A stretch of 64,000 nt of DNA from Blepharisma stoltei ATCC 30299 (lineage: Eukaryota > Protista > Ciliophora): positions 558,001-622,000 of the forward strand of contig CBFDEM010000032.1 in assembly GCA_965603825.1 (NCBI GenBank), in the 5' to 3' direction. Positions 13,547-25,439 of the stretch are shown piece after piece. A model generated the notes under the pieces. The model ran no database searches, had not been told where the DNA came from, and saw nothing but the letters and a program-made list of their open reading frames with translations. The translations under genes and the position numbers were made by a program. The stretch's first letter is position 1. Each line of letters begins with the position of its first letter.

Positions 13547-14878
13547 ATGAACGAAAGGAAATTGATTGGCAATATCCTCGCTGAGGATAACGACTCTGAT
13601 GAGGAACCTCTGGCACGTTTTACGAAGACCAAGCGGCATGTCCTTTTAAATAAAGATGAGCTCAGCCAGCTATTTGAAAGACCTACGTCCGCCCCTGCAG
13701 TTTATCTTCCTTTCCCTCAAGTGTTTTGGGCTGAAAAAGATCCTCAATATACAATTGGAAATATCTCATCTGGCTTGTCAGAACTTTCCGTTCAGGATTC
13801 CTTTTCTGTCCATAACCCACCTCCAGGCCTATCAAATCCAAATCTAAACTTGGGTGCTCCGGAATTTGTCCCTTCTTTTAGTGCCCCACCGGTCCCATCC
13901 AAGATGAGTGAACTCGCTGAAATTCGTGGAAGAGTAGCAGAAATGTCCCGCGACCAAGCAGGTTCAAGATTTCTACAGCAAAAATATGAAATTGCTTCAG
14001 CTGAAGATAAACAGATGGTTTTTGAAGAAATTTATAGGTGTGGCTTCAGCATCATGATTGATGTTTTTGGCAATTACGTTGTTCAGAAAATTTTAGAGTT
14101 TGGAAACTTAGAACAGCGCAGAGCCATTGCAAGTGTAATGTCTGGGAGAGTCATTGAGCTCTCCATGCACATGTATGGCTGCCGAGTCATACAGAGAGCC
14201 TTAGAAGTTATTGAAGTTGACCAAAGAAGGTTTTTAGCTTTAGAGCTCAGAGGGCATGAAGAAAGGCTAGTTGAAGACCAAAACGGGAACCATGTTGTCC
14301 AGAAGTGTGTGGAAACTCTGCCTTACCAGTTCATGAGCTTTATCGTTGATGCTTTGAGGCCAAACATTATTTATTGGACTGAACATCCTTATGGTTGTAG
14401 AGTTGTGCAAAGAATTATTGAATTTTCTCCTAGAGAAGCGATAACTGATGTGCTGCTAACTGTCATAAGAAATGCCGTTGAAATCAGCAAGAAAAATTAT
14501 GGCAACTATGTCCTTCAGCATATTCTCGACAAAGGCAATCCTCAAGACAAGCAGCAACTTATCAACGCATTTCCAGGCAGACTTTATGAGCTCAGCAAAC
14601 ACAAGTTTGCAAGCAACGTCATTGAAAAATGTTTAATTGTCGGCTCCCCAGACCAAGTTAAGGTGTTCACCAAAGAGATTTTTGCCCCTGAGCGTGTGTT
14701 TGAGCTGATGACTGACAAATTTGCCAACTTTGTGATCCAAAAAGCCCTTGAAGTTTCCAAAGGCGAATTGCAGCATTTCTTAGCTTTAAAAGTAAATGAA
14801 CATGCAGCGGCTTTACGGAATTATCCTTACGGCAGACACATCCTCAACTGCCTCGAGAAAATAAAAAAGAGGATATAA
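13547..14878 (+). CDS. Pumilio/PUF RNA-binding protein
   Basis: Eight PUF repeats (DQAGSRFLQ, DVFGNYVVQ, HMYGCRVIQ, DQNGNHVVQ, HPYGCRVVQ, YGNYVLQH, HKFASNVIE, DKFANFVIQ). Confidence 0.95.
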   Translation: MNERKLIGNILAEDNDSDEEPLARFTKTKRHVLLNKDELSQLFERPTSAPAVYLPFPQVFWAEKDPQYTIGNISSGLSELSVQDSFSVHNPPPGLSNPNLNLGAPEFVPSFSAPPVPSKMSELAEIRGRVAEMSRDQAGSRFLQQKYEIASAEDKQMVFEEIYRCGFSIMIDVFGNYVVQKILEFGNLEQRRAIASVMSGRVIELSMHMYGCRVIQRALEVIEVDQRRFLALELRGHEERLVEDQNGNHVVQKCVETLPYQFMSFIVDALRPNIIYWTEHPYGCRVVQRIIEFSPREAITDVLLTVIRNAVEISKKNYGNYVLQHILDKGNPQDKQQLINAFPGRLYELSKHKFASNVIEKCLIVGSPDQVKVFTKEIFAPERVFELMTDKFANFVIQKALEVSKGELQHFLALKVNEHAAALRNYPYGRHILNCLEKIKKRI

Positions 14879-14922
14879 TAAGCTAATGACTTCTCCTAAT
14901 TATAAAAAAATATTAATAATCT

Positions 14923-16149
14923 TTACATGTCACTCCTTTGTAGCTGCATATAATAAAAGTCAGCAATTGGCCCACAGACAGTGTCGCATCTATTGTTCTG
15001 GTGGCTTTGATGGAACGTTGTGTTTGCAAATTCCCACTCAACTTCGCCAGGGCCTGCCACTTTTTGTGAGCAATCCACACATTTATAGGTATGATCACCT
15101 TCTATGCAAAAAATAACGCTGTACCAAGTCAGTTTTTTGATTTTTAGCCCACCGATGATGGGAACTTTGGAGACTGAGGTTTCAGGGGCGTAGGTGATTC
15201 GGACCTTGGACGGGTTCTTGTAGACTGGGGTGGAGTTGGTGCTTTTTCCTTTGAGGACTTGGAAGTCTTTTACTGTGACCACTCCTCCTTGCTTGTAAGG
15301 AGTACAAAGACCAACCCCAGTAAGCTTTACATCGCTGCTGGCCATAAAAGTTAACGTATCTATTCTTTCACCTGTATATCTTCATTTCAGTGCCCTCGTA
15401 ATATTAGTCCTCCTCACACTCACTTCCAGTGGGTTCACCAAACTGACTTTTGTGCTGAAATTTATCAAATTTCTCAATAACTCTTCTTGGATCGACACAT
15501 TCAACGTTGAGCAGTTCAAGCTGTCAAATTCTCCAAACCTCAAACTATCTCTTCTCCCTGCCTGTATTTTTCTGATTTTATTTATCAAAGAGTCATCTCT
15601 TTGATAAATCATTTGAAAATTCTTATAGCTCTCGTCCTCAATCTCCAGTCGTTTCGTAATGTCGACCAGTTCTTGTTCAACCTTATGAATATAACTGCTT
15701 TGGCTTTCTTCCAGCTCGCTCACAATTTCTTCTTCTCGATCCTGCAGCAGCTCTTTGATTTTGGAAAAAGTGCTTATGAGGCAAACCTCGCTTGTCGCTT
15801 TTTTTTCTTGCATACAATTGATTGCGAATAAAGGGGGAGAATGGACGTGACGAGCATGGTTAATCATGTTTAGCCAAGAACACATTTCTTTGTCGGAGTC
15901 AGCAGCAATGAAGTATCGGGCGTCCTGAACAGTTATACGGAAACAATGATCTTTTGCCATTTCAAATTCACAAGGAACAGCTTCGTCGATGGTAGATAGC
16001 TCGATACTCATTGTAGAATGGTCTTGATCTGCAGGATTTTTATACGTTTGGAGAACTAAGGGGGAGAGAACAAGCCATCTTTGTCGCCAGGTCTTGAGGT
16101 ATTGTGATCGCTTTTCTACCCAGCCTGACTTAATTTCATTTCCTTCCAT
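14923..16149 (-). CDS. PH domain + coiled coil + PHR-like domain protein
   Basis: N-terminal PH (KSGWVEKRS..LKTWRQRWLVL...EMCSWL). ORFs 15382-16149 and 14923-15345 are in frame across TGA 15382, giving KWRYTGERIDTLTFMASSDVKLTGVGL, which resembles the PHR start WxYxG..D.I.F....i.L.G.GL. Confidence 0.72.
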
Positions 16150-16247
16150 TTCAGGTATATAATATATTGGTTCACCATAATCAGTGAGGAAATTTATTTT
16201 TTAAGTAAGACAGGCCTTATAAAGATTTCCGATTAAAATATAATTCA

Positions 16248-16547
16248 ATGAAACTAATTGGGTTATTAATTATTATTTTACTCCTAACTCACACAGATGG
16301 AGCTAAAGCCAAATTCAAAGACATGAAAATTAGAAAGAATGAATGCTTAAATTATGACGCTTGCAAATTTGACAAAACTGAAAACTGTTTAAATCGCTGT
16401 CTCTCTGAAAAATGCTACCTTGAGTTCTACGGAAATAGCCCTTTAGAAGAAGGCCAAGTTGATCGAGAAAAATACAGGGTTTTTAATGAGTGCTTAAAAA
16501 ACGAAGAAAAGGAGCTAAGGAATAGGTGGCGGAACGAAGAATTATAG
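16248..16547 (+). CDS. Small secreted Cys-rich protein (DUF4787-like)
   Basis: Signal peptide; NCLNRCLSEKCYLEFYGNSPLEEGQVD...FNEC. Confidence 0.7.
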   Translation: MKLIGLLIIILLLTHTDGAKAKFKDMKIRKNECLNYDACKFDKTENCLNRCLSEKCYLEFYGNSPLEEGQVDREKYRVFNECLKNEEKELRNRWRNEEL

Positions 16548-16555
16548 CTTATTAA

Positions 16556-17671
16556 TTAGCGCTTTCCTCTAGCCTGCTGTCTTTGAATTTCTGTTAATGG
16601 TGCTACATTGTTTGTTGGTTTTGGACCCCACGCTCCTTTTTCAGCCTGCCCTAACCCCAGCATTGATTTCAAGCTATTTGTGGCTTCTTCATCTTTCCCA
16701 GTTTGCTTTGTCTGAGCCTGCTCCCTCATTTTTGCCTGCTGCCTCAAAGTGTAATATAAAAGAGGAGCGAAGTGTGAAGCATTGCTATGAGCAATCATAA
16801 GGTTACTATCAAAATACCCTGCAGAACTCCAATTAAACATCTCAATAGTGCTGAAAGGCCCTTGCACAGTTTGCCGAGGATCCTTATAATACCAGACTTT
16901 TTCATATGCAATTGAATTTGGGATCGGGATGACTCGTTGCTGCTCGTCCACTGTACAGTTTTCATATATAATGGCGGCAAACGGGTTTCCTTCTTGCAGC
17001 TGCATCTGGACTAATCCTAAAGGGTAACACACTATAGTAATTGGCTGCGCCTTTATCTCAGGCGAGTAGGGCTTTTCTGGCTCAGGGTCATCCCACTCAG
17101 GGATTTCTTCGTCCTCTTCCACAATTTTCTGCTTCTTTTCGAACTCCTCGTCAACCTTACTAAATTCTTCGTCAATTGAAAGCCCTTGGAATTCTTCAGG
17201 CAAGTTCTTGATATTCCCTACAGTAGACAGAGTGATCTGTACAGGCTGTTTTTCAGCTTCTGTCTTTTTTGCGGTTTCCTCTTCAGCTTGTGCCACAGGA
17301 CTTGATTGTTTTGCAGTCTCTTCTTCCTTGAGAGGGTTTTCTTCTGTAAACCACTCAGGGACTTGCTCCTTGAACTCTCGTTTCACAGGAGGAGGCCGGC
17401 TATTTATATTGGATCCTAATGGAGTGGAAAAAGCTGCATTTGAAGATAAAAGAGGAGCTAAGCATTCTAAAGATATCAAAAGATCAAGACCATCAGCTTG
17501 AGGGAATACAGGGCTTTCAGGTGCGTGAAAATAGGAAAAAATTGCTTCTCGTGTGTACTTTACAACTGCAGGATTTGTCAATGGTTTTCTCCAGTCTGTT
17601 TTGTATTGTGGGGCAGCTTTTCGAGTTTTGCTGGGGTCTGACATGTTTAATGATATTAAATTATGTATCAC
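16556..17671 (-). CDS. GYF-domain protein (GIGYF/Smy2-like); start may be the Met at 17644
   Basis: WYYKDP...VQGPFSTIEMFNWSSAGYF; N-terminal KYTREAIF resembles an eIF4E/4EHP-binding motif. Confidence 0.85.
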   Translation of the reverse strand: MIHNLISLNMSDPSKTRKAAPQYKTDWRKPLTNPAVVKYTREAIFSYFHAPESPVFPQADGLDLLISLECLAPLLSSNAAFSTPLGSNINSRPPPVKREFKEQVPEWFTEENPLKEEETAKQSSPVAQAEEETAKKTEAEKQPVQITLSTVGNIKNLPEEFQGLSIDEEFSKVDEEFEKKQKIVEEDEEIPEWDDPEPEKPYSPEIKAQPITIVCYPLGLVQMQLQEGNPFAAIIYENCTVDEQQRVIPIPNSIAYEKVWYYKDPRQTVQGPFSTIEMFNWSSAGYFDSNLMIAHSNASHFAPLLYYTLRQQAKMREQAQTKQTGKDEEATNSLKSMLGLGQAEKGAWGPKPTNNVAPLTEIQRQQARGKR

Positions 17672-17730
17672 CTTGCAGTTCTATTTTTATCAGAAAGATG
17701 TTAAGATTGCAATGCAATTCATAAATAAAA

Positions 17731-18516
17731 ATGAATTTGGCACAAAGACTCACTCTTTTTGGGTCCATAGGAAGTGTTTTGGTGTATAATGCCTTACTCC
17801 TGTGCTACCTTGTGGCAGCAAAGTTTAAAGAGCCGATTCTCAAATTCTGTGGACTGGCTTTCTTTTCAATTAGCTGTATGACGAATCCTATCATGCTGGC
17901 ACTTGCTACGAAGGACGGCTCAACATTCTCGTCTCAAAAGTATACTTTAAGACTGCTTATTTTCTTTCCTCTGTCTATTGTCCTTTCGAATACCTTTTTG
18001 GCTCTGAACCCAATTATCATGCAGAAACTGATGCTTATCGTCGGGGTGACTGATTTTAGCAAGGTGGTATACTCTGTTTTTTATCTTTATATAGGAAAAT
18101 TGTGCTCAACTGGAATTCTCGATGTTTTTTGCCAATTCTTTATTGTCGGATCAAATCTAGAAAGAGATGGCATTAATGCAGAAGAGCCCCAAATTTATTT
18201 ATTGGCTCTTTTGATATTATCAATTATTTTGATTTTTTTAAGCCTCTGCTGCTGCACTGATGTAGTAACAGCTTATTTGGAGCAGTATCAGCCGTTAAAA
18301 AATGTCAGAGAAAAGCTAATTCCAGGTATTAAAAATTATTCTATAGAAATGAAAGAAGAAATGTGTGCTATCTGCTTAGAAGTTTTCTCTGTAGGTCAAA
18401 AAATAGGAGCATTAATCGGCTGCCAGCACATTTTCCACGAATCCTGCTTGAACAAGTGGCTTGGGTACAAAGAAGTCTGTCCAATCTGCAGAAAAGAAAC
18501 CCCAGCTGGGCTGTAA
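17731..18516 (+). CDS. Multi-pass membrane RING-H2 E3 ligase
   Basis: Several hydrophobic segments; C-terminal CAICLE...GCQHIFHESCLNKWL....CPIC. Confidence 0.88.
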   Translation: MNLAQRLTLFGSIGSVLVYNALLLCYLVAAKFKEPILKFCGLAFFSISCMTNPIMLALATKDGSTFSSQKYTLRLLIFFPLSIVLSNTFLALNPIIMQKLMLIVGVTDFSKVVYSVFYLYIGKLCSTGILDVFCQFFIVGSNLERDGINAEEPQIYLLALLILSIILIFLSLCCCTDVVTAYLEQYQPLKNVREKLIPGIKNYSIEMKEEMCAICLEVFSVGQKIGALIGCQHIFHESCLNKWLGYKEVCPICRKETPAGL

Positions 18517-18581
18517 CTAATGTAAATTAACCCTTACAAACTAATAATCTGCTAGACTTTCGAAGAGAAATTAAGTTATTA

Positions 18582-20240
18582 CTAACCTTCAATAAGCTTC
18601 AAGTTTTCATTGTCACCTTCCCAAGCTCTTCTCAGTACATCAATTGCTTCTCCAACTTTAAGTTTCAATCCGTCTGGGTTAGTCAATAACGATAAAAGTT
18701 CTTCATTTTCCATCTCCAAAAGCATACCAGTGATCTTCCCTGCAATCTTTTGGTTCGAATTCTTCAGCACCACAGGGTATAATGCTTCTCCTAGCATTCT
18801 TTTCTTGAATTCTGGTGGAGCACTTTCATAGGTCTTGATGTCGAAGTTCAATGGGACTGGTGGTGGCTGTGCTACTTGTTGAGGAGGGAAAGCTGCTTGA
18901 GGAGGGTAAACTGGCTGCTGAGGGAATGGTTGTGGAGGGAAGCCTTGGGGTGGGAACGCTGGCTTTCCTCTCCCCATTTGTTGAGGTCCTGCCCATCCTC
19001 TTCCAGGCATAGCTCTTGGCTGCTGTCTTCCTCTGCCTCCCATCATTGGTCCAGGCATCATTCCATAATCAAACATGAAGCTCTGCATCTTCTTCATCTT
19101 AGAGATGTTAATCGCTTTCGCAATTTCTTCCCTTGGCTTCCAAAGATTCACGAACAGCTTTTTCTCTTCTACTGATTTATCCCTCATCCCTTGTACAGCC
19201 CTTATAGCGCTCTGAGGTTGGGCGAAAAGAATATAGGCGACGCCTTTTACAGTAAATTCTTTGATCATTTCTGAGTTTTGGTACCTGATGTTTTCAACTT
19301 TTGGAATCCTTATAGACTCGATTTCTCCGAATTCTTGGAAGAGTTTTCGCAGTTTTTCTTCGTCAATGTTAAGTGGAAGTCCTCTTATATAGATATTTCT
19401 TCGTTTCCAGTCTTCTTGTTTTTTCGCATTTTCTTGTCTCAGCAAAGCTAAACGCTTTTTCTTGTTCATGTGGACTGCAATGTACCAGGTGAAGCCATTG
19501 TCTGATTTCCCATTTAAGGCTTGCAAAGCGCTTGCGGCGTTTTCTGGGGTGGCAAAGCAGACGAAGCCGAAGTATCTCTCAGTGCCGTCTTTGGCTTTGT
19601 TGGACAGAATGACGTGTGAAGTGATTTCGCCGAAGGATGAGAAAATGGCGTGGAATCGTTCAGCGGTCATATCAGCGCCAAAGCCTCTTACGTATAGGTT
19701 GTTGTTGGCAGAGATTATTCTGCTGCTGATTGGAATAAACTTGGCTACTTGCAATTCGCTTCCTCTCAGTACTGATCCATTTGCATTAGCGATTGCTGCT
19801 TGAGCTGCTTCACGCTTATCGAACTGAACGAATCCGTATTTTTTGGAATTTCCGTTTTCGTCGTAGCTGATCTTAGAAGACAAAATGTTTCCATAACCCT
19901 TGAAGTGACTTTCAAGCTCCTTGTAAGTGACATTTTCGTTGATATTTTTGACAAAAATGTTTGCTTCAGGGTCACGTTCTTTATTAAATTTCATCGCTCT
20001 GATGACTCTGCCTTTGAAGAGCAGCCCATTCATCTCGTTTCTCGCCCGCTCCACGGAAGCAGCATCAATAAAATTGATAAATGCGACTCCAAGAGACGAT
20101 TTTGTGTCAATATGCCTGAGAACTCTAATGTATGCAACTTGGCCATATTGTGAGGCTTGTTGGTAAAGGTCAGATTCAGTGACAGTTTGGTGAAGATCGC
20201 TTACGACTATTTGTGTTTCACTACTAGGACGTTGCTGCAT
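18582..20240 (-). CDS. PABP: Polyadenylate-binding protein (4 RRM + MLLE)
   Basis: Four RRMs, Pro/Gln linker, MLLE (KRMLGEALYP...KITGMLLE). Confidence 0.95.
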   Translation of the reverse strand: MQQRPSSETQIVVSDLHQTVTESDLYQQASQYGQVAYIRVLRHIDTKSSLGVAFINFIDAASVERARNEMNGLLFKGRVIRAMKFNKERDPEANIFVKNINENVTYKELESHFKGYGNILSSKISYDENGNSKKYGFVQFDKREAAQAAIANANGSVLRGSELQVAKFIPISSRIISANNNLYVRGFGADMTAERFHAIFSSFGEITSHVILSNKAKDGTERYFGFVCFATPENAASALQALNGKSDNGFTWYIAVHMNKKKRLALLRQENAKKQEDWKRRNIYIRGLPLNIDEEKLRKLFQEFGEIESIRIPKVENIRYQNSEMIKEFTVKGVAYILFAQPQSAIRAVQGMRDKSVEEKKLFVNLWKPREEIAKAINISKMKKMQSFMFDYGMMPGPMMGGRGRQQPRAMPGRGWAGPQQMGRGKPAFPPQGFPPQPFPQQPVYPPQAAFPPQQVAQPPPVPLNFDIKTYESAPPEFKKRMLGEALYPVVLKNSNQKIAGKITGMLLEMENEELLSLLTNPDGLKLKVGEAIDVLRRAWEGDNENLKLIEG

Positions 20241-20550
20241 TTTGTTCTCAGGTATTTATTATGGCCATCAACCATTTACAGCCTCTCCTGCTTGATGCAA
20301 ATATGAAATGATGGATATTAGCTATAATCATTTAAGGGATCATTTGAATGAAAATAATTATTAATAGATTTTTATTTGGCTTGTTTTGGCGATTTTTTAT
20401 TTTTTATTTTGTGAAGATTTGATGTGAAATTGTGAAGAGAAATATATTTGAATTCAATTTGTTATATATGGGAATAAAAAATGAAAAAATTTGTATCTTT
20501 GATGATGATTTCGGAAACAGTTCCATATTAAGTCTGTAAATTAAAAAATA

Positions 20551-20799
20551 ATGGGATCATTTTCAAGTAAATCACAAAAGGGTCAGATAAAATCAAAGAA
20601 TAATCTTAGCAAATACATTGAATTTAAGTCATTGAAGAACAATAAGCTGTATTTTACAAAGAGATCAGATTTAGAATTACTCAAAACAAATGATAGACGA
20701 AGAATGTCTACTGAAGAAAGTAGCCCTAGACAGAACAAAACGACGATTAAGCAGCTGCATAGTCATCAGAAAGCTGTAAGATGCCAAGTTTTGAATTAA
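20551..20799 (+). CDS. Small hypothetical protein, possibly N-myristoylated
   Basis: ATG after an A-rich leader; MGSFSSK; ends TAA; flanked by very AT-rich DNA. Confidence 0.5.
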   Translation: MGSFSSKSQKGQIKSKNNLSKYIEFKSLKNNKLYFTKRSDLELLKTNDRRRMSTEESSPRQNKTTIKQLHSHQKAVRCQVLN

Positions 20800-21616
20800 C
20801 TTTATATTGGCATATAATTAATTAAGCAATTTTGAATGTATTATAATTATAGAATATACAATAAATTATCAAAAAATCGGTATGAGTTTTTAAACAAAAA
20901 ATTAGCTTTAACCTTGCTAAGAGCCTCATTTCAAATAGCTTATTCTTCTAAGATTTTTTAAAAAAATTAATTGGTATGCTAAACTTGTTCCTATCAAATT
21001 GAAGATATTTTCATTTGTCTTTATATTTAAAAATTAATATTTAAATCTAAATCTTCGAAATCTAAAATTTTACGTTTTAAAATTTAAATTTTTGTCTGTA
21101 CATTTTAGATTAAAAGGGGAAAAAATGAAAACACAAAATTGACAAATTCAAAATTTATCGCTTTATTTTTTATAATCTTTTATTAGATTATCAAAAGATC
21201 ATTAGCTTATTCCTTTATATTGCGATTAGCAAATATTAACTATGATTATAAATTTAGAATTAAACTATTATTATGCATTCTTTATGCTTAAAAATAAAGC
21301 TTATAATTATCTCTTATTTAGAAGCGATTCTCTTTTATTATAGCTTCACCATAATTTTTTAACCTCATTTCTTCCTTTTTATTAGTGAGAAATTGGATCT
21401 TCATGCTCCTTAAAGCATTTCTAATCTCGCATTAAGATTTATACCCTTTGATATTAATTTCACTTAAGCTTGCGTTTTGGAAATTTAGCACTTAAAAATT
21501 TTGGTCTACAAAGTATGCAAACCAAGTAATACCTGGCAAATTTTTTAAAATAAGCTGCTTTAAATATTTTATATCAAAAGTTAATCAAACTACTTGTTAA
21601 ATGTTAGTTTCTAAAC

Positions 21617-22291
21617 ATGTTGAATAAATTAATGTGGATATTGTTAGTTGTCGCAGGCGTAGCACTAGCTGACCCAATACCTCCTCAGTGGCCTAACACT
21701 TTTACCCAAGTATTTAACGAAACTTTTGCTACAGGCAGCTATGGAAACCAAACCACAACTGGAACTTTATATTATGACTGGACCACCAAAAGCACTCGCA
21801 TCGACAGAGCTAATGGAAGGTATGATGCATTTTGTGGGCTAAATGGGTTCAAAATCCTTGTTGATGGCCCATGCTCACATATTGTCGTCAATGGAAACAG
21901 ATATCTCTATTATCCTAAAGACCACTATTGTTGCTATTGCTGCAATTCAGCACAAGGATGTGGATCACTAAATCCTACTTGGATGGACAATGGAACATTT
22001 TTAGGGACTGCTCCTCACAACGGAGTGAATGCTTATGGCTGGCTTAGAACTCTTCAACAGGACAGATATTATTATGAAACAGCTGCAACTCAGCCAAGCG
22101 CAAGAGTCATGCTTAGTATTTACGAAATGGGTGGAGATTTCAAAGATTTCCATGCTATTACTTACAGCGTTCCATCTGGTATTTTTGACCTTCCTAAGGA
22201 GTGCAATATTAAGCTAAAGTGCCCAGAAACTTCGGTTTGTTCACAGCTAGGTGAAACAGAATCTGAAGAAGAAAGACCAGTCTTTTTTTAA
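21617..22291 (+). CDS. Secreted Cys-rich protein, ependymin-related/LolA-fold-like, copy 1
   Basis: Signal peptide; PPQWPNTF...GTLYYDW....RID...CCYCC...FDLPKEC. Confidence 0.65.
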   Translation: MLNKLMWILLVVAGVALADPIPPQWPNTFTQVFNETFATGSYGNQTTTGTLYYDWTTKSTRIDRANGRYDAFCGLNGFKILVDGPCSHIVVNGNRYLYYPKDHYCCYCCNSAQGCGSLNPTWMDNGTFLGTAPHNGVNAYGWLRTLQQDRYYYETAATQPSARVMLSIYEMGGDFKDFHAITYSVPSGIFDLPKECNIKLKCPETSVCSQLGETESEEERPVFF

Positions 22292-22890
22292 TAGCTAAGA
22301 TATTTCAATAATTAGTATTGCAGTCTAAAGTTCAAATAAAGTTATTATCTAGTTGCCTAAAGATAATATTGTTTTTTTATTTGTATAGATTTAAAAATAA
22401 GGAGACGATATCCCTTTAAATATCAGCTTTTCATGCAGAATATGATACAAAATCATCAGATTAATTTAATTTAACAGTAGCCTACTTTGAATATTCATTT
22501 CTGATGCCAAAGCTTATATATGATTTAGTGTATCGGAGGTATATAGAGCAGAAAACATGACATCTAATGTGATCTTTGGTATAATTGTTATAAACTTAAT
22601 AAAATTAAATATATATGCAAAATTTATCAATTTTTAGATAATATGATTTATTATACTTTAAACTCTCAGCACACATATTTCATTGAAATTAAGTTCTAAT
22701 ATTTGTTAACCCTTGATTTATTTTTATCTTTCTCATATTAATGACAAATAATTGACTATTACCTTCAGGTCATTTTTAGTATAAAATATTCAATAATGCT
22801 CTTCCTTCATAATTAAACAATAATTATACTGAATAATTATATGCTAAATCATAAATTAAATTTACATAATAATCATTGTTGAATAAATAA

Positions 22891-23550
22891 ATGTGGACAT
22901 TGCTCATTGTAACTGGTTTAGCACTTGCTGACCCATTACCTCCTCAATGGCCTAACACTTTCACCCAATCCTTCAACGAAACCTTTATATCCACAAGCTA
23001 TGGAAATCACACCACAAATGGAGTTTATTACTATGACTATACAAGCCAAAGCACACGTATAGACAGAGATAATGGAAGATATGATGCGTTCTGTGGATTA
23101 AATGGGTTCAAAATTCTAGTTGACGGTCCATGCAACCAGTTCGCAGTTGGTGGAAACAGATATATTCATTATCCTAAAGACCATTATTGCTGCTTTTGTT
23201 GCAATTATCAACAAGGATGCGGACCATTGTATCCAACTTGGATGGATAATTCAACATTTTTAGGAACTACTATGCACAATGGAGTTCAAGCTTATGCTTG
23301 GGATAAAATGGGAAACCAGCCAAATTATTATTATGAAACAGTGGCAACTCAGCCAAGTCAAAGAGTAATGCTTGGAATTTATGAAATGCCTGACGACTTT
23401 AAAGACTTCCATAGCATAAGCTACAGTGTCCCTGCTGGAACTTTTGATTTGCCAAAAGAATGCTCTGTTAAGATAGTTTGTCCGGAAACCTCAGTTTGTA
23501 CGCAAATAAGAGGTTCTGGTTTACAAAGTGTTCTTAAAAACATAATTTAA
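22891..23550 (+). CDS. Secreted Cys-rich protein, tandem paralog copy 2
   Basis: Colinear with 21617-22291 (NGRYDAFCGLNGFKILVDGPC identical). Confidence 0.65.
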   Translation: MWTLLIVTGLALADPLPPQWPNTFTQSFNETFISTSYGNHTTNGVYYYDYTSQSTRIDRDNGRYDAFCGLNGFKILVDGPCNQFAVGGNRYIHYPKDHYCCFCCNYQQGCGPLYPTWMDNSTFLGTTMHNGVQAYAWDKMGNQPNYYYETVATQPSQRVMLGIYEMPDDFKDFHSISYSVPAGTFDLPKECSVKIVCPETSVCTQIRGSGLQSVLKNII

Positions 23551-23721
23551 GATCTTTTTTACATAAAAACTATTCGGGAAATATGAAATTTTAAAATAGA
23601 ATTATGAATACATCATTAGCCAAGCAATTCTTATTTTTAAGCCAAAAAATAATTATTTGCTTTTCTCTTTGATATATTTAATATTTTCTACGATCTACAC
23701 CTTATTTGTGATGAATTATTT

Positions 23722-24306
23722 CTAAATTAATGAGCTCTCGAAAATGCTCAATTTATTCATCCCGATTGCTTGAGATATTATTATTTCAAAGAGACTGCTT
23801 ATATTATGTGAGTTTTGTGCAGAAACTTCAATGAAGGTCGCATCTAAACTATCAGCGAGCTGTTTTCCTTCATCGAATGAAACCTCTCGTTCTTTTTCCA
23901 AGTCGCATTTGTTTCCTACAACGAGAAGAGTTTTCCTATTTTTTGATTCTTTTTCTATTCTTTTCCCTCAGCTTGAGACATGTAGAAATGAATTTCGGTT
24001 TGTAACGTCATATATCAACAGTATCCCATGTGCCTCTTCAAAGCAATCTCTTATCATAAATTCCCAGAATTTATTCCCAGCAATATCTCATACAAGCAAG
24101 CCGTATTTTGTGCCGTTTCTTTCGATTAATTCTTTATTCTGCATTAAGATTACAGGTGAAAGTCCAAAGGTTGGGTCATAAGCTTCTTCAAATTGATCGT
24201 TGAAAAATCGGTTAACAATTGACGTCTTCCCAGATTTAGCTTCTCCAATTAAGGTTAACTTTAAGCAAAAAAGGCTGCATAACATGTACCTTTTCGAAGT
24301 AGCCAT
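23722..24306 (-). CDS. Divergent Rab-like small GTPase, no C-terminal Cys
   Basis: GEAKSGKT, PTFG, LVW(TGA)DIAG, second TGA in HVSSW, VGNKCD, EVSA; ends TAG 23722. Confidence 0.85.
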
Positions 24307-24714
24307 ATTACTGGCGATTTTATTATATTAAAATACATTTATCCTTTGTAAGCCTTAAATATGGATACTCAAACATAAATGATCAGTTTAAAGTTAAATC
24401 TTTTATAGGCTGCCAGAATTAAAGGATCTTTGAGAACTTATGGAATTGAAATCAGGGAACGATCAAAGATATAGCATTTTAAAAAATCAGCATAAGTGCT
24501 TATAATCAATAAATAAAAGGCTTCTAAGAGCTCATTTAAAGAATTTAGCTTAGAAAGTATGCGATATGAATTGAGTTTTAAAGCAAAAGTGCTATAATAA
24601 ATCAAATGTTTATTTATTTGTAAATTATCTATAAAAATTTTGAAATCTGAATGCATTTTAAGCTCAATTATAACCTGAAAATAAATTTTATATGAATTGC
24701 ATAACTGAAACAAT

Positions 24715-25422
24715 ATGGATGAAAATTCAATCCCTGTTAGCCTTATAGATGCCATCAAAGCTAGAAAGCAAATGGAAAGAGATGCCCAGCTCCTCGCAAA
24801 CCGCATAAAGCTTCTCCAACAAGAAGAAGTCAAAACTTGGAAAAAAATCGAAGAAACCCGTAAACGCACAAAAGAAATCATGACAAAGAAACGGCATCAA
24901 GAGAATGAGCAAAAACAAAAATCAGGTCATCTATCAGAAAGAGAAAGAGCCATGAGTGAAAAGCGCCAAACAAATCACATGATAAGAGAAGAACGAAGAA
25001 AAGAATTCGAGAACCTCAAAGATTCCATTCAAATAGCTAAAATTGAAGAAGCTAAAAAGACAAGGATGGAGCGAAATTTGAACGATAGGAGAAAAAGAGA
25101 ACACCTAGAAAGCATAAGAGAAGAAAATGAAATGAGAAAAAATGCAGTCAAAGCCAGCAAAGAAAAAGGAAAAGAAAAAATTAACCATTTAAAAGCTAAA
25201 AAGTACGAAGAATTCAAGCAGGACTATAAGAAACGTATCGAAATTGAAGACATTGAAAAGCAAAACACAGAAAAAGAAGTGATGAGCATGGAATTGTTAG
25301 AAATGGAGCTCATCAAGCGTCTGCAAAACACCCAGCAGATCCAGCAACAAGTAACACAAGACCTCGAACAAGCTATCTCCCATCCAAGAAAATCATCATA
25401 TGGTGCTAAAGCAACATTTTAA
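24715..25422 (+). CDS. Coiled-coil hypothetical protein
   Basis: K/E/R-rich heptads throughout; clean ATG-TAA. Confidence 0.8.
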   Translation: MDENSIPVSLIDAIKARKQMERDAQLLANRIKLLQQEEVKTWKKIEETRKRTKEIMTKKRHQENEQKQKSGHLSERERAMSEKRQTNHMIREERRKEFENLKDSIQIAKIEEAKKTRMERNLNDRRKREHLESIREENEMRKNAVKASKEKGKEKINHLKAKKYEEFKQDYKKRIEIEDIEKQNTEKEVMSMELLEMELIKRLQNTQQIQQQVTQDLEQAISHPRKSSYGAKATF

Positions 25423-25439
25423 ATTTACACTGTATTATA

